Below are positions 53,464-64,000 of a stretch of DNA of 64,000 nt, piece by piece. The position numbers and the translations under genes were made by a program. Within the stretch, counting starts at the first letter, position 1; each line of letters starts with the position of its first letter. Below the pieces are notes generated by a model, which ran no database searches, was not told the origin of the DNA, and saw only the letters and a program-made list of their open reading frames with translations. Source of the DNA: Trichoplax adhaerens (taxonomy: Eukaryota > Animalia > Placozoa); assembly GCF_000150275.1 (NCBI RefSeq), contig NW_002060944.1, positions 1,027,380 to 1,091,379 on the forward strand, written 5' to 3'.

Positions 53464-55124
53464 ATGGATTTTCTGACATTAGTAGCTGGATATTTCACCA
53501 TTCTTACTACAATTACGATAATCTACTCGTGTGGCTGTGGAAGAACGACCAGTCAACGCTTAGAGGAAAGATTAGAAAGGGTAAAAAATCACGTTATGTG
53601 CGAGTATCACTTAGATCAAGCAAGGATGCATTTATCCTAGTTATGTTCACGCTTCCTTTCATTGATGCCCGTATTGTGTACAGTATATCATGATTATCAT
53701 AACTTACGATCAATATGAACGGGACCGATTTCGCATCCGGTCCCGTTCAAATATACTGTACAGATCGACGTTTATGATTCGAGTCTTTATAGTACTGAAT
53801 AAATGACATTTTTGTAATATTCACATATTTATTTAAATAGCCTGATTATATAGTTAATCAGAATTATTATTTTTCAGGGCCTTGCTTACGTAATCAAGAA
53901 GACTATTAGCTTTTTACCGCTCTCACTACAGACGGCTATAAGTGCACTCTATACTAATTTCGTGCTGAAAAGGTAATGTTAGTTGATACTAGATTGCAAT
54001 ATCGTAACGCTACTTTGCACCGGTATATACTCGTACAGTATCATCACTAAGATTCTTGAGTAAATCTAGACGTAATGCTTACTGCAGTTATATGCAGTAC
54101 TAGCATGAGCTCAATGATAACCAGTAGTTTTAAAATGATCTTTTAATCAACTTACTGATAATATGCTTTATATGCTTTTACGATGTCTAGCACATTGACC
54201 GCCTTGATTTTCTTTCTCTTAGGAATCGATTTTATCAATTCACTTATATTACACTGGTTGCAGTGGGATATTGGATTTTTATTTTTCAAATTTGTCCACA
54301 TTTGCCTTGCGACGATGTGGCTGAACATCACAAGACTGTTACTGCTTCTATGATATTGACCAATCTATTATTCTTTACCCTTCTTTCCTATATCGATCCA
54401 GGCGTTATAAATAAGCGCAATCATGATCGATACACGAAAATGTATCGTTATGATGAGCAACTTTATTCCAAAAATCGTTGTACATCATGCGATTTTATTA
54501 AACCTGCAAGATCCAAGCATTGCAGTAAGTTACCTGTATTGATAGACTATGACTAGATTTATGTAGATTACTTAATCGTCGTCAGACGAATATTTACAAC
54601 TGTAACGCAAACTAAGTACGCCATTAACCTTGTAAATATTTTGATTGATTATAGCCTATTGTAACCATTGCGTGGCAAGATTTGATCATCATTGCGTATG
54701 GGTCAATAATTGCATTGGGCGAAGGAATATCGCATATTTTATTGGATTGTTGATATCATTACTAACTATATGTATTTATGGTACGATTATTATTTTTCGA
54801 ATATTCTGTTGTATTGTGGATAAGCAAAAGATATTTCTAGCTGCCTATGTCGATCCAATTTCTGGAGAATTGAAATCTATGACGTTATCAGTCGTTTGTC
54901 AACATCTCTTTATGGAGTATCCTTTAATAGCACTATTACTAACTACTCTTTTTATGCTCATTTTTGCACTAGGAGGATTTACTATCTTTCACATTTATTT
55001 AATATTTCGTAATATGACAACAAATGAATATTACAAATATAAGAAAATGGGAATTCCATCACGTAAACATTTTTATTCTGAGGGTATTGTCTATAATATT
55101 TTTCATTCGCTTTCGTCAAGGTAA
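53464..55124 (+). CDS. ZDHHC4: DHHC palmitoyltransferase, ZDHHC4-like, 4 coding exons
   Basis: [11 protein letters not shown] start, [54 protein letters not shown]. Confidence 0.88.
53716..53749. mobile_element. 34-bp hairpin micro-element in ZDHHC4 intron 1
   Basis: TGAACGGGACCG-ATTTCGCATC-CGGTCCCGTTCA has a perfect 12-bp inverted repeat and is flanked by AATA on both sides. Confidence 0.65.
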
Positions 55125-55894
55125 TTAAAGGAAAGCCCTAACTATCAATAAAACTCTCAGTTCTCGCCTAAGATGATTGTGAAATTGACTCACTGTATCT
55201 TTCTTCAGAAAGATTAATTATAATGACAGTATTAAATGCAGCCAAAAACTTCTACCACGTTTTATTCGTGTAGCATGCATCTAACTATATCACTTACCTC
55301 AGGTATACTACATTGCGACGCAAAGTTGTAGTAATTTCTAAGATACCTGATGCAAATTATTCGTCAGACTATTGTACTAGTAGCTGTTGTAGGTACTGTC
55401 ATCAATTACTATAAGAAATCCTCCTCACATGCTTAGCAGCTAAGAGCAAATAGCTGCTGCATACTCGAAGATTAAGCTTCAGATCTGTAAAAAATATCAA
55501 TCATATTAATATACTGTGCTCCATAGCATCGTGAGATAGGACTACAATATACTCGCAGCGTAACCTTTCAAGATAGAGCTAGAAATTTCTCTAGATATAT
55601 CCGAAAAAGGGAACAAAATGTCTATTGCTCTTTGTAAATAAGACCTTACAGGTAGCAAATGAAATGGATAGAGTAGATCAATAGCTAATTCAAGGCAGAG
55701 TAGACTAGTGCAGCTCGTACAGTAGCCAATAGGCTAGTATAAACTAAGTAATTTTATTAGTGTATTGGAATCAATACCATCGCTACTCTGTTCTGAGACC
55801 ATAATCAATTCTAGTAACAAGTACTGTACACTACATAAAACTTAAGTGCGCACACTCAAATCCGAGCTGGGCATACCCGCGAAAAATTGCAATC

Positions 55895-58800
55895 ATGGTG
55901 GAAAATGGCCAAGGCGAAGGAAAGCCAAACAGGTTGTCAGCTAGCGTTGACAATTTATCTCAGCGATTTTACTTTTCCGAGCAAAATCGTAACTTTACTA
56001 CTCAATACTGCAATATTTATACATCTCGCCTAGTAGCTATGCGTGATTCTTTATTACAAGCTGCAAAACGGGCTTGGGGTAAGGCTTGTTTTTCGTTTTT
56101 CTTTGCTGTTTTTGAATGAAGTGATTGAGAATAAATACGGAAATTGTTTACATGTTTACTGTATTAGTCCATCCGCATCGAGTATTGCCGTATTTATTTA
56201 TTAGTATGTAATTTACCTTTACGATCTGCTATTGAATTCTTGCTCTAAATGGCATTTAACGTAGCCTATGGCACAGGATGTCGACTGTAGTGGTTAAAGT
56301 AGTTCCAATTAGCTTGATTAATTAATTTACTTTTGAGAAGAGCATATCCTGCAAAAGTAGCAGCGCAACGTTTTGGAAAGACTTCTGCTGCAATGTGGTG
56401 TGTTACTAACGGTTAATGTATTCCTTTCAGGTAATGATATAAATTACTGCAAGTTGATGGAATTAAAAACGGGTATTACAAGTTGCATTATTGGTACACT
56501 ATTCAAAAGAATGAGTGCTAGGCCGAATATCCTACAAGAAATTAGCGACGAGGTAAGTTGCTTGATCAGCGAGTGTATCTCGTATACTGAGGATGCAATC
56601 AGTACACCGATTAGGAATGAACTGGGGATATACGTTTAGTACAAGCACCGTAACATGTGAAATTCTTTTAGTTTCAGATGTGTTGTATAAATAGCATGCT
56701 GAGATACTCCAATTGATGATAATGTTACGTTATGTTATCGTATCATTCATCGCTGAGAATACACATGTTAAACAAAAAATGATTGTAATCTACCTATTCA
56801 GCAAGATTATCGTTACTAACTTGTTGCAGTACAACTTAATTCCTTTACCTCCGCGGACGAAATACGCTGACGATTCGGATGAGCTAGTTGCTGAAGATGA
56901 AACACAACGGATTTCTCTAACTGGGAACATTAATGTTACGAAATCGGTAACAGGTAGGTTAAGATTTATTCATACCCTGTATCTGTATGATCATGTACAT
57001 AACTCGACCGGGGCAATTGAATAGCTGCTATGTTTACGTAGAATTAGCTGTATATTTTCTAATGAGATTTTTACTATTTTGGCATTTTAGGCGTCATTGT
57101 CGCATTATTAGGTAAGGAATTAGATGGAGGCAAATTTTATGTGAATGAAATGGTCTCTGCTGGCCTACCAAAACAAATTCCTCGTCCCTTTATCCATAAT
57201 GATAAGTAGGTCATCAATCGTTGTACATATACATCGGCTACGAACTTGGGTATCGTATACCATGACCGGCTATGGCATACGATGGCCGATTTCGCACGCT
57301 GACAGTAACATATATACATTTATATACAGTGTATGCTTACTATTGTAATGAATTATCAAATGAGATTTCATTGCATAGTGTTGCAAACAAGATAAACTTG
57401 TTGTTTTAGAATACTTAAAGTAATAGTAATTTTGGTTATTTTGCAGATATATATGTATCGTATCAGGATTAAATCTTGGTAGCAGTCATCAGGGATTCTT
57501 AACGATGCAACTGTTTATTGACTTTATTACTGGTCGGCTAACTGAAGGACAAGAGGTAAATTTTGATGTATATAGTGAGAGTATAGAATTTTGCCAATGT
57601 TACTATACAGTACAGTATATTCATTGCCTTAAATTCCACTATGTAATCGAAGAGCCTACTTCATTACGTCATATCAATTATACTAAAATTCTTAGGATCG
57701 AAAAATGTGCTCTCAAATCGTGCAAATTGTCATAGCTGGTAACTCTGCTGCCCAGCAGAATAGTAGTACCAGTGAAACAAATAAGGTTTGTATATTCCAT
57801 GCGTTACTGTACCTTTACTCAAACTGAATAATCTAAAGTAATGCTGGTTGATGAATAGCGTCTCCTTGCTAACCTTAATAATATGTATGTACTGTACTTA
57901 AATACATGTTACATAGGCGAATTCCAAAAAATTTTCCTCGCGTAGCTCAGCTAACACTCTAGAAGGGATTAAGGCCTTAGACGAAATTTTGACGCAGTTA
58001 TGTGTAAGTCTTGAATATTCAATAAGACTAATACAAAAATTCAAATAAGCGTAGCCTGGATTCTGATCTTAACTTAAAGGAGAGTTTTATTTTAAATTTT
58101 TTAGTCATGCATTCCTGTGGACATAATGCCAGGGGAATTTGATCCTTCAAATCACATAATGCCACAGCAACCGTTACATCCATGTATGTTTCCAAAAGGT
58201 TTTCAATTTTCTTCGCTAAAAAGTGTTACAAACCCTTATGAATTTTCTGTTGATGGAGTGAGGTACGATGAATGAGCAACTTGTTTTGAATTGTAGTGGC
58301 TATAAGCATCAAGTAACGCTATCATACTCATGCTAATATTTTATAATATGATGTAGGTTTCTGGGAACTTCTGGTCAAAATATCGACGATATTTATCGTT
58401 ATTCATATTTCGAAGATCGTCTTGAAATATGCGAACAGTGCTTAAGGTGGGGTCATATATCGCCAACTGCTCCAGATACTTTAGGTACGTAATATCAACC
58501 GTGATATTTAATTTTCATTATCTGCCACTGTTTATAAAATCGTAATGTAGGAATACATTCCTGCAAAGATTTTATTTGCAACAGCAAACAATTATTACGT
58601 TAATAATCTCTATAATATTGCACTGCCATATATTAATAAATTGTAATTCTGACGTGTCTGCCACTGTAGCTTGTTACCCATATTATGAGAAGGATCCTTT
58701 TATATTAGAGTCTTGCCCGCATGTCTATTTCGTTGGAAATCAGCCAGAATTTTCATGCAAAAAGATCACTGGTAAGTCTAGTCTTTAGACTTTAGTGCAC

Positions 58801-59005
58801 TCGTATTTAAGCATTCCTTTTTGTAAACGATCTTAGTCATAAATTAAAGTTTTATGTATACAATTCTAATGAAACAGGCGACCAAGAACAAGAAGTTTTG
58901 TTGGTTAACGTTCCATCATTTAATCAAAAGCATTCTTGTGTTCTAGTGAATACACGAACTTTAGATTGCAAACCAATATCATTTGATCTATATGAAAATT
59001 TATAA
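55895..59005 (+). CDS. POLD2: DNA polymerase delta subunit 2, multi-exon
   Basis: [120 protein letters not shown] at 59003-59005. Confidence 0.96.
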
Positions 59006-59798
59006 TTTAGTCCCGAACGATGAATTAATCGTATTTCATTGATATAACAAGATATTGCACAAAGTTGTACTTTCGTTTGTTAGGAAATTTTATCCTGAAA
59101 GCATCCTCAGCTAGCTACAATAAAGAAAAATTCTTCAAATCTACTTAGGGAATATTGCAGTTTTAGATTTTCTGAAAGGATAGCCATCATTTTGATAGAC
59201 TGAATGTATTAAACTACGGGAATTATTTCAGTTACTGTACACTACAATCTTACGACCATTATTAACATAATGCTATTTTAATGAAAGTGTTAATAAAATT
59301 ACAATGTATAAATTAATTTGTATTTCTGAATAAAAAAAAAACTGTCAAAGTATTTACACTTAGCCCAGTAAGGCTGGTTGAGGACATGAGTATGTAATAG
59401 AATATTTATATCAACTACAGCTTTGGTTAACTCAACGACACTGAAGAGAACATGCGATAGAATCTTTAATTATCAAGTACAGCTTAGGTTCGCTTTTCCA
59501 AGACGGTATTACACCACCTACTAACAGTGATAGTTATATAATTAATTTATCCACATTTAGTGGGCAAAACTCCTGTGAATATCAAACATTGTTTCATTAT
59601 TAAACGAAATTGTCATTCAATATTTTTAATTATATTATCAGATCAGGCTTGATTTTAGTACATGACCATCTATACGATATACAGTACACGCCCAATCTAG
59701 GTGAAAGGATCTTTGAGCAAAGTATGTTCATATTACATATAGTTTATATATGGACTTACATTAAATCGTCAATACAACAATCGCATTTGCTACAATTT

Positions 59799-61725
59799 CT
59801 AAATTTGCGTATAGATTAGAATGTACGCAGTCGATGAGTTGCTTAGACCTTTAGGTTCTAATATATTTAACAGTTGCTCACTGTTGACCCATTTGACAAC
59901 GGTGTCATTGAATAAGATCCACATAGGAGCCAGCATGTTCACCGATCGACTAGTTACTTTAGAATCTGATAAATTGATTGGTGGAGATGATGCACTACTT
60001 GAGGAACTTGCATTAGGCATGCCTAGATTCCCATTTGAATCAATTGTAGTAGAAGAAGACGTTTCTTGCCGCTGCTGCTGGTCAGGATTTAACACTCGCA
60101 CATAAGAATAATAATGTCCACTAGATCCAGACATGCCAGTATGAACGATAATCGCGGATAGTTGATATGTTTCATTTCTTGCTTTACATCCATTTGAACA
60201 TAGCGCACACTGATCTAGTACTAATTCAGTACATGTAACAACCGAAGTCATGATCTTCCTATTATATCCATAAGCATCAAATGAGGTTAAACGCTTGAGA
60301 TGAAAGATCAACACTTTTGGAATTTCATCAAATACTATGCCTATTTCAGCCTCCGTGTAATTCCGGCAATGTTCGCAGTAGTATTTGTTTACCCCGTCCA
60401 AATAATCTACGGTAGTGAATTTTTCTAGTAATGACGATAATTTCACTAAAATCACATTAAGAGAGTTGCATTATTGTATCATTAGTCATAGAAGTCACTA
60501 CACATACCAATATATTACGACTGCTCTCGTACCTGTATCGATAGTTGTAGTACTATCTAGAGAAAGGCTGATATCATGGAAACTTTCTTTTTTCTCATGT
60601 GCATTTTCGCATTCTAAGCATCGTGTTTTAAAGAGTAGAGTTCCTTTAAATATGCTAGCAAAATTGCTTTGTAGCGTTTCATTGGCAGTTAATTTGCATC
60701 CATCTTCCAGATATTTGAGCATAAAGTGTAAAAATTCGTGCGCATCATGCTGAGAATTTGGCAAAAAAGATTGGCTATTGTTCCTATGGATAGCGTAGAA
60801 TGGAAAACAAGTTTAGTTATTGCTGTAAAGCTATAGTGGTTTTTAATCCAATACGGAGTGATTCTTTCAAATCATATAACAGATGCATATCTAAAGTTGC
60901 AATGAAACAATACTAGGACAGCGAGCTTTACGAGTATTGATTAGATGTAATTTCTTCTATGTTGTCAAATTATCTCATATTGAAAGAAAAGCTGAAACGA
61001 TGTCCAGTACTGTGAGTCTTACAAGTATTTATTTTATCTATTTTCTCTTATGTTACAAGATTATTTCATATTGAAAGAAATAGTGAAACGATGCATTATA
61101 GCCTTACAAGTATTTATTATATGTATTTTCTCTTATAATATAAAATTATTTCATATTGAAAGAAATAGTGAAAGAAGATCTGTACTGTGAGCTTGATGAG
61201 TAGTTATAGGATCTATGTACTTTTTATCCTGTGAAATTATCCCATATTAAGACAGACATTAATAACAAGAGTCTGTATCGTGAGCTTTATGAACATTAAT
61301 TTGATTTTATCTTTTACACAGTATAGTAGAATTATCGCACATCAAATGAAACATTAAACCAATATGCAGGCTATAAGGTATACGAGCTTATATTTAATCT
61401 ATTTATCCTCACATTATGAAGTTATCTCATTGTAAGATATAGTCATAATGAATATCTTACCAGACAGAAGTTAAAAACTCATCCAGGTGGATAGGAGTGA
61501 TGGATTTTATTTCTTTTGCCTGCTCTCTAATTTGCATCTCATGAATAAGCTAGCATTGAAGTATAATTCAAGTGAACATCAGAAAATAATTATTTACATA
61601 AGTATATTTTACATTTAGTAATAAGTAAGAAAAGTAATTTCATAATTAAGAGAATTCTATGCGTATACCTTCCTCAGTTGTATCAGGGTAGAAGATTTCC
61701 AATGGCTTGAAGTATTGTTTAATAG
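59799..61725 (-). CDS. USP1: Ubiquitin-specific protease, USP1-like; 3' exons only (Cys-box exon not located)
   Basis: QHDAHEFL, FKGTLLFKTRCLECE..FHDISL, KYYCEHCRNYTEAE..FDEIPKVLIFHLK, His box HTGMSGSSGHY, WILFND, STAYILIY*. Exons 61725-61669, ~61549-61461, 60783-60533, 60445-59799. Confidence 0.8.
60960..61440. repeat. Degenerate intronic tandem repeat, ~5-6 x ~90 bp
   Basis: Recurrent ATTAT.TCATATTGAAAGAAA..GTGAAA...GTACTGTGAG.CTTAC.AGTATT. Confidence 0.75.
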
Positions 61726-62773
61726 CTAGATGCGTTGACATCATATGGGAAAAAAGGGCTGATTAGGCATAGAGATCCTATCAAGTCTTACTGTAGTAGG
61801 TGATGAGTTAGCAATACTGTTAAAGGATGAATAATATAAGCACATGCAATCAAGCTTATGCTGTCGACAACTAACTGCTCGGATAAGGAGTAATGATCAA
61901 CAGATTAAAATCAACTCAACAGCGCTAGGATTTATCGTCCCAATGACAGTAACGAATAAATCATCACATGAGATCCCAATGGGCAACAAATTAGCGCTCA
62001 AATTGAGTTTAAAGGTTGATGGAACATTTTACACATTTGTACTAGGTGAGTTGCTACTGGGTAAATCATCTAGAGAAGCGAGCTGATGATATACAAGTAC
62101 TCGTATATATTATACAGTTTACTGGTTAAAGATTGATAGTAGCATGTGCAATGATTCAAATCATCTAAAGAACGCGTTGATAATACACAGATGAAGGAGG
62201 AAATAAAGCATCAGAAGGTATTGAATTGATGTAAGACAAGCTGTTCAATGAATAGAAACCTGATCACTAATGCCTTATTCTAATGGTAATATGATCAACA
62301 TGCTGTCATTAATTCTTTATGAAGGATAAAGAGATGCAAAGAAGCGTCAACAATCGATTACGATAGGAATAAAGTCAAGATTTATCATAGAATTAAGCGA
62401 CATTCATCAATGCGCTTTCCATGTTAGTCCATAGTACAGTATGATCTGCAAACTAGTTCATACGATGTCCATTGTATGGTGCAATACTATCGCATACGCT
62501 AAGGAGGAAATCGACTCCCCGTAATTTGTTCTTGATGTTATAAAGCAAACGTTACAAGACAACAAGCAGTAGCTTACTGTATCGACTTTTGTTCACGATG
62601 TTATTTAAGCATGCAACTATTGTGTGGTCAATATCTTGTTCAATACGTATATCTAGTTGATGGAATAAATTGTTGCTAGAAAGTAAGGCCAATGTAGCCA
62701 TGTTGTAAGAATTGGGGAGGTTGCAAGAATTCATTTATAAAAGCTCACTATCCTCAGTATGATATATACTATC

Positions 62774-62823
62774 NNNNNNNNNNNNNNNNNNNNNNNNNNN
62801 NNNNNNNNNNNNNNNNNNNNNNN
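62774..62823. other. Assembly gap (50 N)
   Basis: Run of N. Confidence 1.
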
Positions 62824-64000
62824 ATCTGATTTTCATGATGCCAATCAAAATGATGAAAAGTTCGTCAAATCTTACTAGATAAATGTGGACAGCATGACCA
62901 AATCTTTATTTACTCTGGTTCTGGCATAACCAACATGGAAAGAATTATGCGCCATGGATAAGCGATTACTGTGGTAGATGCCTTTACTAATTAGGAATGG
63001 ACTCCATTAAGGACTATTAATAACTGTCATGAGTATGACAATTGCTTCATTATCTGGATGCTTATTGTACTTTATAAATCTGACAATTATCATTGCATAG
63101 TCCTATATAATGATACTTTTGATGAACTACTTTCACAACAAGAGATTGCCCATGCAGTCGTAGATGATTATAATTCATCTAATTATTCCATGAAACACAG
63201 TATTTGATTTAGTATAGTAGATATTTCTGTAATAAAACCTAAGGAGAGTTAGCAACTACGGATTATTTCCTTTAAGGCTTTATAATTATAGTCACTTAGT
63301 GAAAGATTATGGATGTTACGGATATCTATTTAGTATAACCAAATATACTTCAGCCCTCTTTTATCGGGTGGGGGTTGGGATTATAAGTTATTCATAACTG
63401 GTGACCGTTTGCGTTGACGGATTATTTTATAGCTCATACTATGTTGTACTGTATAAATCTGATCATATGCAATTTCAGGAAGTGAAATGCTATATTTTAT
63501 GGACTAGATAAAATAAATCATTAGTTTATACAGTACCATGCAGCTTTCATATAAGAATGTTTTGGAGGGCGTATTCAGTTACGAGAGATAGAGTATTGTA
63601 AATATCGTGAACTCCTAAATATTGGTGCATTACGCGTATTTCCATCGCATTATTAATTTTAGCCCTTTTAAATTAATACAGTATACTATCATTACACTAT
63701 TATCGAAGCACAGTTTCCTGCTTAAACTTTACTTCCTGCTACTGTCTAGAAGTGGTAGCGGACACAATCGATGGCACACTGAGAAAATGTACGGGGTTAA
63801 ATGCTAAGCGAGGAGCGATTGATAAAAGCTAACTATAATTTGCTAAAAAAAAGTGCTGATTATTGTCTAACAGGCATAGAAGCAACGCTAATGGTCGTCA
63901 ATATTCTAACGACTAGCTTATATAGTATTCTAACGAGTCTTTTCCTTCTTTTGAGTATTTAACAACAATTTTTGGTACAGTACTGGTACTAGATATGAGA

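Noticed and set aside
59821-60753. Plus-strand ORFs antisense to USP1 (likewise 12687-13663 against LSM11 and 44769-45008 against Kir)
   Set aside because: These are shadow ORFs of real genes on the opposite strand.

Overview
Eukaryotic (metazoan) genomic DNA: AT-rich and compact, with short GT-AG introns and one 50-N assembly gap. The style and gene set suggest a basal animal such as the placozoan Trichoplax; this is inference and was not verified. I can assemble 14 protein-coding loci: ASPSCR1/TUG(+), RPL18(+), LSM11(-), two tandem SLC25A17/PMP34 paralogs(+), an intronless bacterial-type RsmE 16S rRNA m3U1498 methyltransferase(+), an SDS22-like LRR gene(-), PMM(+), SLC39A11/ZIP11(-), an inward-rectifier K+ channel(-), B9D1(+), ZDHHC4(+), POLD2(+) and the 3' part of USP1(-). 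Main points: (1) RsmE looks horizontally acquired (possibly Chlamydiae-like) and carries host-type promoter and splice signals. (2) A palindromic (CAGTA)n/(TACTG)n microsatellite sits upstream of most gene starts. (3) There are several small non-autonomous transposon relics: a hAT MITE with an 8-bp TSD, 24-25 bp hAT-like micro-elements, TG..CA micro-elements with 4-bp duplications, and a ~1.1 kb foldback element with an internal satellite. (4) Several tandem duplications have ~185-191 bp units. No tRNA, rRNA or CRISPR array is supported. Exon boundaries were read by eye.
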